From IMG/VR virus record IMGVR_UViG_3300043666_000001, positions 1 to 64,000 of that record: a stretch of DNA of 64,000 nucleotides, one strand, 5' to 3'. The position numbers were made by a program, and so were the translations under genes. Below the pieces are notes generated by a model, which saw only the letters and a program-made list of their open reading frames with translations, was not told the DNA's origin and made no database searches. The DNA is from a virus (taxonomy: Duplodnaviria > Caudoviricetes). Below are positions 46,917 through 55,962 of this stretch, piece by piece (positions within the stretch are counted from its first letter, which is position 1; the number at the start of each line of letters is the position of its first letter).

Positions 46917-46967
46917 TATCTACCAACTCAAGTTGACAACAGTCAAAAGATAGATAGGATATATCAC

Positions 46968-47330
46968 ATGAACCTCGCGGCCAAAATCACTCTCTTTGTT
47001 GTTGCGCTCTCTGCCCTCACTACCAATGTGGCTGAGGCAAAGGGCAAACACCATGCCAAAAAGGCTGAGGTGAGCCAAGAGAAGGAGTCCTATTGCAGCA
47101 TTGAGGATGATGGGCACACGATCTTCTACGTGTGTGAAGACCACCCTTGGTTGCCCAAGGAGACGGCCGCGGACAGTGACTGCGCTGGCAAGGTCTCTCG
47201 TGGTGAGACTAGGGATGGGACCTGGAAGATGACCTGGGATGTGGTTTGCAAGGATGGTTGGAACCACAAGGGTCACATCGATGGCAAAGGAGTGGGCAAG
47301 GCTGATGGCAGCCCACTTTGGAGCAAGTGA
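46968..47330 (+). CDS. Secreted hypothetical protein
   Basis: Signal-like MNLAAKITLFVVALSALTTNVAEA; promoter TTGACA-N16-TAGGAT at 46933-46960. Confidence 0.65.
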   Translation: MNLAAKITLFVVALSALTTNVAEAKGKHHAKKAEVSQEKESYCSIEDDGHTIFYVCEDHPWLPKETAADSDCAGKVSRGETRDGTWKMTWDVVCKDGWNHKGHIDGKGVGKADGSPLWSK

Positions 47331-47347
47331 GTCAAGTAGGTACGTTA

Positions 47348-47402
47348 ATATCCCCCACCTGAAGGAACAGTGGCCACTGTGGCGACTTAGGTGTGGGGAT
47401 AT
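47348..47402. terminator. Long hairpin between convergent units
   Basis: ATATCCCC-CACCTGA...TTAGGTG-T-GGGGATAT with inner ACAGTGGCCACTGT palindrome. Confidence 0.6.
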
Positions 47403-47436
47403 GGGCTTAGCTACTTAAACTAAGATGGTTGCAGTT

Positions 47437-48186
47437 TCAGATAATTGGGATTGTTGGCACAACTTTGCCCGCGAAGTACGCCGCGAGTGCAGCTTCTGCT
47501 TTCTGCGTACGACGGTTCGCGTTGACAAGCTCATTCGCCTGGATGAGGTCACGTGTTTTGACGCCCTCAGCAGTGATGAGCTCCTTGGTCTCACAGCAGC
47601 ACTCGGCCGCGAAGGCAAGTGCAGCGGCTTGATTTTGAGTGGCCAACAGAATCGCAGCAGATGCATTGGTTTGCGCTTGAATATTGGTCTGGTACCAATT
47701 CTTGTCAGCCTGAACACCCAACGCGTTGAAGTTTTTTGCAGCCTCAAGCAAGGCTCGACCTTCAACCTGATATGCCAAAGCGGCTGAGTCTTTAAACCCA
47801 ACAACCGTAGCGGTAGCCGCGTCACTTAGCTGCTTTTGGATAAAGGAGAACTCATCTGAGCCCTTCTCAATCCCATGACGCACGGAGCTAAGAACCTTAT
47901 CAGTCGACTCACCCACCGCATCCTGAGTCTTACAGGCAGCAAGTGCAGCAGCCGTGCCAGTCTTCTCCACAACGGACACCACATCATATCGAGAATCCTT
48001 GATAGAACCCTCAACCGATTTGAAATCCTCCGCGGCGACTCGAAAGCCCGCGGCTTGCTCACGAGCAATCAACTCGTCAAGGTGATTGCGGTGAGATTTA
48101 TGTCCGTTGTTGTCATTCGCGTATGCATGAACTCGGTGGAGCGGCGAGGTCACGTCATTTGTGTCAGAGATTACGCTTGTAGTCAT
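47437..48186 (-). CDS. Ala-rich coiled-coil protein with an ECCCE motif
   Basis: 249 aa; AAALAFAAECCCETKELITAEGVKTRDLIQ. Confidence 0.7.
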   Translation of the reverse strand: MTTSVISDTNDVTSPLHRVHAYANDNNGHKSHRNHLDELIAREQAAGFRVAAEDFKSVEGSIKDSRYDVVSVVEKTGTAAALAACKTQDAVGESTDKVLSSVRHGIEKGSDEFSFIQKQLSDAATATVVGFKDSAALAYQVEGRALLEAAKNFNALGVQADKNWYQTNIQAQTNASAAILLATQNQAAALAFAAECCCETKELITAEGVKTRDLIQANELVNANRRTQKAEAALAAYFAGKVVPTIPII

Positions 48187-48284
48187 ATCCTGTACCTATT
48201 TGTGATGAGAGTGTAATGCAATTAAGCTAAGCACTTTCATCACTGGCGAGTACAGTGACTCTTTATGTATTTCTATAAATGTAA

Positions 48285-48407
48285 CTACTTTTTGCCTTTG
48301 GCCTTATTCTTGCTGGAGTTCATTTGGTTATAGGGGTTCTCGGCACGTGGGTCTGGTAACTTCACACCAGGCTTGGGTGCTGGTTTGGGGGCTTTCTTGG
48401 ACGCCAT
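48285..48407 (-). CDS. 40-aa Lys/Pro-rich peptide (not in track)
   Basis: MASKKAPKPAPKPGVKLPDPRAENPYNQMNSSKNKAKGKK; AGGTG RBS upstream. Confidence 0.5.
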   Translation of the reverse strand: MASKKAPKPAPKPGVKLPDPRAENPYNQMNSSKNKAKGKK

Positions 48408-48520
48408 ATGGTTTCACCTATTCACTTTCTGTAAAGGAGCAGCAGAGTCTAGCTGAGGGCGACTGGATGCTTCCCCGTCGCTTCCGGTTTATCCCATGTC
48501 AGTGGAAACACGCATGAGCC

Positions 48521-48805
48521 TCAAGTCTTTGGTATGTTATTTGTCCACCCCAATAGCCACTGCTTTGAGGGGATACAGCCGAATATGCGCAAATGTAGGT
48601 TGACCTCATACTCAAGGCTATCTACAAGCTTGTCACGAGATGTGCCACTGGGACAACCGGTATACTCAACCAATTGAGTGAACACATCCTCATCCTCAAT
48701 GGCAAGGTCAATGATTGTGCCTGCAAGTCTAGGCTTGACACCGTCTTGAATGAGAGATTGGTGTGCCTTTTGCAGCTTGCCAACCAATGTGTCAAAGTTG
48801 CTCAT
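48521..48805 (-). CDS. Hypothetical protein
   Basis: 94 aa coupled to the upstream ORF. Confidence 0.5.
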   Translation of the reverse strand: MSNFDTLVGKLQKAHQSLIQDGVKPRLAGTIIDLAIEDEDVFTQLVEYTGCPSGTSRDKLVDSLEYEVNLHLRIFGCIPSKQWLLGWTNNIPKT

Positions 48806-49254
48806 TTGATGTATTTTACCGCGCCAACCTTGGATTTTAACGCGTCAAGGCAGGCGTAGCTACAGAATCGTTGTGAGCCATTATAGGCAGTCATGGAACG
48901 ACTGCCATCATCGGCAAACTCTGGGCAATATCGACCGCAATAAAGACAATGGTGGTGAGCTGGTTCTGTTGGCTTGGTTTCTGCAAGAGGGGATGGGTTT
49001 CTCGATGCACCAAGTATGCCATATCCACCGATATCCTCGTAGCTGTCCTCAAGCTGCCCATTCGCGATGCGAAAGAGTTTATCCACAATTCGGGTGACAC
49101 ACAACATATCAGTGTATTGCTCAGGCTTCACACCATCTGGGTATAGCACTTGCAATATCAGACCAGCCTTGTTAAAGCTGTCCCCATATTGGGCATTCTT
49201 TTTGCTAACCAGCTCGCCTAGCTTTTTGGCGGTCTCTTTGAATTTATCAATCAT
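48802..49254 (-). CDS. Nucleotide-modification-associated domain 1 (DUF1599-like) protein
   Basis: LVSKKNAQYGDSF...RIVDKLFRI...DSYEDIGGYGILG; C-terminal CLYCG...CSYAC. Confidence 0.7.
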   Translation of the reverse strand: MIDKFKETAKKLGELVSKKNAQYGDSFNKAGLILQVLYPDGVKPEQYTDMLCVTRIVDKLFRIANGQLEDSYEDIGGYGILGASRNPSPLAETKPTEPAHHHCLYCGRYCPEFADDGSRSMTAYNGSQRFCSYACLDALKSKVGAVKYIK

Positions 49255-49679
49255 AGAGAGAAGTTAGCCACACTCACTCATTCTGTCAAGCCATCATCAT
49301 CGCAGTCACATGCAAACGCATGATTGACATCAAGATAATCCTCAACCCCAAGGCGATGCAGCGCAAGTGTCCAGCTCAATCGTTGAATCAGGCTCACATC
49401 TTGCAAATCAGGATGAGACTTAAGTGACTCAATCATCGCAGATTCAAAGTATGTGCCAGCAACATCGCTCAATTCTTGCATAGTCGCCCTAGCCCAGCAA
49501 ATAGCAAACCACAATGAAAGTTAAACAGAGACCAAACCCTATAGCTAACGAGCTCATCTGTTGTTAATTTTGCCTGGTAGACTATTTGCATAGTAAAACT
49601 TTAGACCAGCTGGTTTAGTCCATAACCGAAGAGGCATACATTAAAGTACCTGGTCTATTTAGCTTAAATAGCTTACCTC

Positions 49680-50012
49680 TCATTTAGCGCGGAGCGTGAC
49701 GCGCATGATGGTGTTATCCACCTCAAACTCCTCAACAATTGTCAAGTTATCTAGGATCTTTAGCCCCAATTCATGCCACTTTCCAACCTTTTGATTGAAC
49801 ATCCCCAGCATGTCAATGCGCCACCTTCCCCTGTAATCTTTCTTGCCTGGGACTTTCTTATTCTTGAGCCACTTGCGCCAGGTTTGTGGGCAAATTCCAG
49901 TGTACATCCAAGCCTGGTCGATGGTGCAATATTGAGCTTGGTTGAGTCTACTTTTTCGCTTGGTCATTGAACCTCTTGAGGAATGAGTCGGTTGCAAGAT
50001 ATGCATCGGCAT
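49680..50012 (-). CDS. Excisionase-like HTH protein
   Basis: CTIDQAWMYTGICPQTWRKWLKNKKVPGKKDYRGRWRID. Confidence 0.55.
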   Translation of the reverse strand: MPMHILQPTHSSRGSMTKRKSRLNQAQYCTIDQAWMYTGICPQTWRKWLKNKKVPGKKDYRGRWRIDMLGMFNQKVGKWHELGLKILDNLTIVEEFEVDNTIMRVTLRAK

Positions 50013-50463
50013 ATGCCTCTTTGCTTGCCTGTAGAGAGCCTGTAGAGCCCTCGGGATACGCGGAAGGATTGATGCTATGTAGTCTTCGTGAAACCGTTGT
50101 TAAACCCCTTGCAGGGTCCCTAACACCGAACTCCTGATAATCTCGAAGGATGCAACTTACCAACTCTCCCATCTTCCAGTGCCCACCATTGCGCAAGGCA
50201 TTGTCACGGACTTTGCTAAGCGCAGGGTAAACTCTGCCCCATTTGCCATCAACCGGTGGACCATCCTCTCTCAACTTAGCAGCAGCACGGAACAGCTCTG
50301 CTTGGTGCAAGTTGCCCTCAATCTTGCCAATTGGGTCACTATCAAACTGATAGCTCTTCTCAGATTCAAGCTCTATGCCTTGCAGTTGATTCCCCAGCGT
50401 GCTTGGTGTGTGGGTGTAGGAGGTGGTGAAGTGGTCAATAAGCTCAAGCAACTCTATGGTCAT
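49948..50463 (-). CDS. Hypothetical protein
   Basis: ATG at 50463, 6 nt after a weak -10 (TTGACT-N16-CAATAT, 50497-50470). Confidence 0.55.
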   Translation of the reverse strand: MTIELLELIDHFTTSYTHTPSTLGNQLQGIELESEKSYQFDSDPIGKIEGNLHQAELFRAAAKLREDGPPVDGKWGRVYPALSKVRDNALRNGGHWKMGELVSCILRDYQEFGVRDPARGLTTVSRRLHSINPSAYPEGSTGSLQASKEAYADAYLATDSFLKRFNDQAKK

Positions 50464-50646
50464 GACCATATATTGTCATAACCATACATGTAGTCAAGGG
50501 TTATTTTAACAACAGGCTCATTCCTTGCTATCCAATTTATGATAGCAATCCTTCTCATTCCAAATGATGGGGAATATATAGGAGGAGATGAGGAATGAGA
50601 TGGTAAAACTAATGGCACAGAATATGGCGAGGTGTTTATGCATGGG

Positions 50647-51648
50647 CTAAGTGAACAGTAGCACACTAGTGCCAGGAACCAGCTTGCGATTTACACTTGT
50701 GCTCTGAATGAAGATGTTGAATTCAGGGTGAGATGTGGGGGAAACCTTGACCTCTTGATTGGGAAGCTGGAGCATTGCTCGCGTTTGAGGTCCCGTGAAT
50801 ACCTCACCTGTATTCTTGGACACAAGGGCGACTTGCTTACTTGCTTGCACCTTTTCAGGTTTAGTCAACTGATAATATGCGCTGCCGATTTGATAGGATT
50901 TGCCGGTGGTCACCTCGATGAAAGTGCTAATCATGCCCTCTTTGGATACATGAAGCAAAAAGTGTTTGCCTACATGCTTATCCAGCACCTTAACCACATT
51001 CTTGGCATTAATCTTACTGATATCTAAGTTGAAGATATTTCGGCTACCTCGCACACCCCGTGACCGAGCGGCCATAAAGTTGTCAGTGGCTTGCCGAATG
51101 GTCTCTCCAACCCCCTCAATCCCCTGCTTTGCATTGATATCCCACACCTGGATATTATCTTTGGGAAACCCAAAGCGTTTCGCCTCATGCACCCCAGTGA
51201 TGTTTGGCACAAATACTGCCACGGTCCAATGGTCAGGAAGCTTATTCAATCTTTGGGACAGCTCAATTGGCTTGGTTTTGGAGTCGTTATCTTCCCCATC
51301 TGTCAAGACGTATACCAAAAAAGCATGCTCCCCATACAGTTCAGGAGTCTTTGACAAATCATCTAGAGATTGCAATGTAGCATCAATCAATGCCGTCGTG
51401 CCATCAACTCGGTAGAGGTTGCTTATAGATGGAAGTCGAAGCACATCCTTGTCATAAACAAGGCAGGTTGTCTTGTTGGCGAAAGAGTAAATTGTGACCC
51501 TTGTTTCTTGGTCAAGCTCTTGACTGCGTTGAGCAATATGTTTGACAAGATTGTCAGCAACTTTGACAACCTCCTGTGTCTTGCTTCCCATAGAAGCAGA
51601 TGCATCCAAAACAAGGGCGATGTGGTTGATGTAGTTATTGACTTGCAT
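50647..51648 (-). CDS. vWA-domain protein with C-terminal extension
   Basis: MIDAS-like LVLDASASM, TALIDA, VLTDGEDNDS. Confidence 0.85.
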   Translation of the reverse strand: MQVNNYINHIALVLDASASMGSKTQEVVKVADNLVKHIAQRSQELDQETRVTIYSFANKTTCLVYDKDVLRLPSISNLYRVDGTTALIDATLQSLDDLSKTPELYGEHAFLVYVLTDGEDNDSKTKPIELSQRLNKLPDHWTVAVFVPNITGVHEAKRFGFPKDNIQVWDINAKQGIEGVGETIRQATDNFMAARSRGVRGSRNIFNLDISKINAKNVVKVLDKHVGKHFLLHVSKEGMISTFIEVTTGKSYQIGSAYYQLTKPEKVQASKQVALVSKNTGEVFTGPQTRAMLQLPNQEVKVSPTSHPEFNIFIQSTSVNRKLVPGTSVLLFT

Positions 51649-52055
51649 TATTCACTCCACGCAAAAACGATAATAGCATAACCCGTTGTGCTATTGCCAC
51701 AATCATACCATGCAAAGCCATCACTGACCAATGGAACCTCAACACTCACTGGAATGTCAAGTGCAGGGTATGCCACTACATGCTTTGCAATATTCGCAGC
51801 ACTCTGGCCAGGGAACTGGTGATAGGCATAGAGTTTGCCATCAGCCCTGTAGTTACATTGCTCCCCATAGGCTCCAGTTTCAGGAGCATTGCCGGGGAGT
51901 GAGGGGGTTACATTTGGAGGCGCTTGAACCACAGGCGGATTTGGTTGAATATCATGGTCAGTTTCAAACTGTTCCCCTGCACATCCCACAACACCCAATC
52001 CCAGCAAAGCAACAGAATATTTGACCATGTCATGAGCAATGTTTAGCATGTTCAT
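51648..52055 (-). CDS. Predicted lipoprotein
   Basis: VALLGLGVVGC lipobox, Pro-rich linker; promoter TTGACT-N16-TATAAT at 52099-52072. Confidence 0.65.
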   Translation of the reverse strand: MNMLNIAHDMVKYSVALLGLGVVGCAGEQFETDHDIQPNPPVVQAPPNVTPSLPGNAPETGAYGEQCNYRADGKLYAYHQFPGQSAANIAKHVVAYPALDIPVSVEVPLVSDGFAWYDCGNSTTGYAIIVFAWSE

Positions 52056-52196
52056 CTCCCTTACACCACTCATTATATGAATGGTAGAATGAGAGTCAAG
52101 TCACCAGGTCAAGATATTTAGCCATCAGAAGATTATGCCTTGCATCCACCAATATGGTTTTGCCATCTTCTAGAAATCCAGTGTCATAGAATATTT

Positions 52197-52943
52197 TCAT
52201 ACCAGCTCAAAAGCCTCCATTGTGTGTGGGAAGTGTGACCACAATATATGACACACCTGGTCAGCATACACACGAATTTCCTCTTGTGCATCCCCCGCGG
52301 CCCGTAAAGTCAAAAACCTAAGCCAATTAAGCAAGTTTGCACTTGCCCACATCTGGCTATATTGCCCCTGATTGAGGACAGTGCGACACACCTCTTTTTG
52401 GATGCCCAAACTCAAACCAAGTTCATAGCTCTCACGGCAGACCATGTAGGCAACACGCATGCTTGTTAGCCATAACTCAGCCTCGGCATCATTTGGCAAG
52501 CGGTCAACCACGCCCCTCGCCTGTTTGTTGGCCCCTGCACTGGCAGCACCCTCAACAATCCTAGCAACAGTTGGATGCCAGTTCTCATCCTTCATGGGCA
52601 CATAACGTGCACTCATCTCACTGTAAGATTGTGTGCGATGACGATGCCACTCGCGAAATGTTAGCAGTGGGGCCTTGACCTCAACTGTCAGGCCACAATG
52701 CTCAAAGGGCACGGAATGTTTCTTGCACCATAGAAATTTGATGAACCTGTTATCGCCCTTGATAAAGGCACTGCTTGGGTGGGGGCACTCTATCTCACAC
52801 CCCTCATCACACTCCCATCTATCCCAGCCACGGAATGCGCCATCAGTGGATTGCCTAGCTGCTCGGATGATTAGCTCATCACTACCCCAGTGCTGAATTT
52901 CACATATTGAACCTTGGTCGAGTACCTTTATTTTTGCTTGCAT
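52197..52943 (-). CDS. thyX: Flavin-dependent thymidylate synthase
   Basis: GSDELIIRAARQS, KHSVPFEH, EWHRHRTQSYSEMSARY, LR....AQEEIRVYA. Confidence 0.92.
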   Translation of the reverse strand: MQAKIKVLDQGSICEIQHWGSDELIIRAARQSTDGAFRGWDRWECDEGCEIECPHPSSAFIKGDNRFIKFLWCKKHSVPFEHCGLTVEVKAPLLTFREWHRHRTQSYSEMSARYVPMKDENWHPTVARIVEGAASAGANKQARGVVDRLPNDAEAELWLTSMRVAYMVCRESYELGLSLGIQKEVCRTVLNQGQYSQMWASANLLNWLRFLTLRAAGDAQEEIRVYADQVCHILWSHFPHTMEAFELV

Positions 52944-53563
52944 CTTTTCTCCGAAGGAGAAAGTAACCTCGCCCCCGTCCAGCCCCTAACAATTCTTTTA
53001 TAAAATGAATGGTAGTTTTGACCAGATAAATCAGCCCACTCAATGGCTGTTTTTGTCACGCCATCTATTTCTATGTGAAGCGTGATTCTCCTGTTCCTGA
53101 CCTGTTCAGTTTGCGTTGCCCACCTACAGTTCATGGGCTCGTAATTCGAGTTTGAGTCAATCCTGTCGATAGAGTGGGTGGCGGTTGGCGCTCTTCCCAT
53201 GTCGGACAGAAAATCCGTATAACTAATTCTCCATCGCTCACACACACCTATGCCACGGCCACCGTAGTTCTTATACCCAACCTCCTTTGGATTGCCGCAA
53301 CGAGATATCATTCTCGCCCACGTTCGATATTCCTTTGAAGAGTCGGCTCGTGATCCCTCACCATGCGTAGTCTTAGCTTCTGCATTCAGGCAGCCACAGG
53401 ACCTGGAATTGCCACTAATGAGCTGCCATCGCTGCAAATCAGACTCGGTGCCGCATGTGCACATGCATTTGATTAGATTATTATGGCCTTTTCGGCCGGC
53501 CCCAACGACAGTCCACCTTCCGAAAACCTGCCCCTGGTCTAGGACTTTGGTCTTAGAAGGCAT
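52928..53563 (-). CDS. Free-standing HNH-type homing endonuclease
   Basis: FGRWTV, CTCG, SRSCGC, YGGRGIGVCERW, SIDRIDSNSNYEPMNCRWAT; ATG at 53563. Confidence 0.85.
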   Translation of the reverse strand: MPSKTKVLDQGQVFGRWTVVGAGRKGHNNLIKCMCTCGTESDLQRWQLISGNSRSCGCLNAEAKTTHGEGSRADSSKEYRTWARMISRCGNPKEVGYKNYGGRGIGVCERWRISYTDFLSDMGRAPTATHSIDRIDSNSNYEPMNCRWATQTEQVRNRRITLHIEIDGVTKTAIEWADLSGQNYHSFYKRIVRGWTGARLLSPSEKRCKQK

Positions 53564-53646
53564 ATAACCCCACAATCTCCGGCGCATAACCCATGTAAAC
53601 TCTGATTCTCACCGCGTGATATGGTGGGGAGTACAGCTCAATCATT

Positions 53647-53970
53647 CTAGCAATCTGGGCGATGGTCAAGTTCACTCTCAAGCTCTTCCTTTGCCAAAGC
53701 TATAACATTGAATGCCTCACGCCACTCCTTAGCCTCAGCCTTCAACCTGCGATTCTCCTCTACAAGCACCGTGCCAAGAGATTGTAGCTCCGTCACCTGG
53801 CGCTCGTATATGGCCAAATTGCTTGTTATGACATCGATTGTCTTCCACATATCCTGAACAAGAAACGGGCCCTCAACCTTACACGGAGAATAGCATCCGC
53901 GATGTGCATTCATCTCATCAGAGTGAATATTCAGTACCTGGTTGCCATTGTAGGTAATCCACACATACAT
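53647..53970 (-). CDS. Hypothetical coiled-coil protein
   Basis: 107 aa. Confidence 0.5.
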   Translation of the reverse strand: MYVWITYNGNQVLNIHSDEMNAHRGCYSPCKVEGPFLVQDMWKTIDVITSNLAIYERQVTELQSLGTVLVEENRRLKAEAKEWREAFNVIALAKEELESELDHRPDC

Positions 53971-54324
53971 TCACTTCACCTCTTCAACCTTAATTCCCGC
54001 TGCACAAGCTTGTCTTATCATATCAGCGGTGCCACGTCCCCCGGGGAATGCAATGACTAAATCGGGTTTGCCCTCAACAATCATCTGCGTATTTCTCACA
54101 GGTCCAGCCCGTTTTCCATACTTTTTCCACTCAGCTGGGTAGAGCTCACATTTCACATTATGCTTCATGGCCCATTGCAATGCACAACTATCAATCCCAT
54201 TAGCGCCGCCGGTGATGAGGATGAAAGGGGCGAGATTGTTGGTCTGGACCCATCTGATTGATAGCTCCCTACCTACGCCCTCATGGTCCCAGTTATCCCG
54301 ACCTCCACACACTAGCACTCTCAT
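53971..54324 (-). CDS. DUF2493/YspA-like SLOG-family protein
   Basis: RVLVCGGRD, ITGGANGID, YGKRAGPVRNTQM, VIAFPGGRGTADM. Confidence 0.88.
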   Translation of the reverse strand: MRVLVCGGRDNWDHEGVGRELSIRWVQTNNLAPFILITGGANGIDSCALQWAMKHNVKCELYPAEWKKYGKRAGPVRNTQMIVEGKPDLVIAFPGGRGTADMIRQACAAGIKVEEVK

Positions 54325-55169
54325 GGTAAGGAAATAATCCCAATCTTGGTCCCTTTTCCTCCCTCAGGGTCACCAACACAGTACTCAAATGCAATAAGCT
54401 TGCCGTTGGGGGAGAAACATGGTGCTCCAGCGTAGCTACCCTTCTCTACCGCGGTGGTTTTAGTAACCACATGGGTATTCATATCCACAATAAACACCGT
54501 GGAGTGGTCTAGGGAGTTCCCATCACCACTATAGACCAGTTGGGCACCATCCTTGCTAAAACTTGCATCTGTGGCCTCTCCTGGCCCAGTAATGACCTTG
54601 CTCAAGCCAGTGCCATCCGGCAAGACGGTCCACAACCCATTCCCCTCAATTTGAAACACAATGTGGTTATAGGTGGGGGACCAATTAGGCTGTTTGGCAT
54701 CCATCCTGCTATCAGTCAATCTTGTGTGAGTAACCCCATCAATATCAACAACGAAAATCCCACCATTACCCACACCATCTTTACCATGTCCCTCATATGC
54801 AAGAAAATCACCAGTGGGGGAGAAGCTTGGCTCCCATGCCACCGCGTTGGCAAGATGAGTCACCTGGCGACGTGCACCCCATGGGTCACTCACCCAAATC
54901 TGGTCACCTTTATCACCAATATCACTGCTACAGCAGAAAAGGTCATTACTTGCGCTCCAACAAGATAACCCAGGGAGGTTGACACTCTGGGCATCTGCGC
55001 TGACAGCGAGTCCCACATTGCTACCATCTAGATTGCATACTGCAATATCACTCCTGCCAATGTTGTACCCACCACGGAACCTGGTGAATACCAGTTGTGT
55101 TCCATCTGGGGAGAATGCAGGGTTTTGGAGACTGCCGGTGAGGTTGATATTGGGGTTAGTCATGGTCAT
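54321..55169 (-). CDS. TolB-like beta-propeller (PD40/WD40-like repeats), no signal peptide
   Basis: NPAFSPDGTQLVF, EPSFSPTGDFLAY, QPNWSPTYNHIVF, DASFSKDGAQLVY, APCFSPNGKLIAF. Confidence 0.85.
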   Translation of the reverse strand: MTMTNPNINLTGSLQNPAFSPDGTQLVFTRFRGGYNIGRSDIAVCNLDGSNVGLAVSADAQSVNLPGLSCWSASNDLFCCSSDIGDKGDQIWVSDPWGARRQVTHLANAVAWEPSFSPTGDFLAYEGHGKDGVGNGGIFVVDIDGVTHTRLTDSRMDAKQPNWSPTYNHIVFQIEGNGLWTVLPDGTGLSKVITGPGEATDASFSKDGAQLVYSGDGNSLDHSTVFIVDMNTHVVTKTTAVEKGSYAGAPCFSPNGKLIAFEYCVGDPEGGKGTKIGIISLP

Positions 55170-55337
55170 ACTTCGTAATGGCTTTTGGTTTGGTCAAGCC
55201 AGTCATGGATTTTCTGATAATCCTCAATCTTGCCACCCCAAGTCTTGACACTGTTCTTTCCATGAAGCCAAGGTTTCAAAGTCCCAACCCCTTCTCGATG
55301 CGCGAGTCAATCACCTCTTCCATAGTCGCTATCTTTC

Positions 55338-55962
55338 TCACGGGTCCTCCAGGATGCCTTCAATAGGCGCGGACGGTAGGGTGGGGAGTTCCTCGACGGT
55401 CGGAGGTGGCTCATGGGGATGAGCTCCAGCTATCTCCACCGGCAAGCCTGCGACCATGAACTCGTTCGCGAAGTACAGAAATTCCTCAATGCTCTGTTGC
55501 GTCCCAGAGAAGCGAATCTCTACCGTGGCGGGGAGATGTTGGATACGGCTGATGGGGTCACCAAGGTAGCTGATACCGAAACCAAAATGGTCCACACGAG
55601 GTATCTGAATCGAGTCGATAAGCACCAGGTTCTCCACGAGCTTACTCATCCCCCATCCCCAGCAACTCCCTCGCGATGTTGCGTAACACATCAACTCCAG
55701 CAAGATAGCTGTATTTTCGCATCAGTAATGCCTCTGGTGTCACTACTTGAGGGTCCCACATACCCTCAAACCCATAACAACTACAGTGGCTTGCACTGAC
55801 CTCATAAAGCACACCTTTCTTGAGAAATAGCACCTCTGCGCTGCCTTCCCATTTCCCCTCATCACATTTCGCGAGGATGACTTTGCACCCCTTTAGAACA
55901 ATTGGGTCACAATCGAATGTCTTGAAAATCCACTCGTAGTCTTTTTTGGCTAGGTATTTCAT
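55338..55962 (-). other. Two hypothetical CDS (55338-55649; 55642-55962 with HCSCYG motif)
   Basis: ORF track with re-chosen ATGs. Confidence 0.55.
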
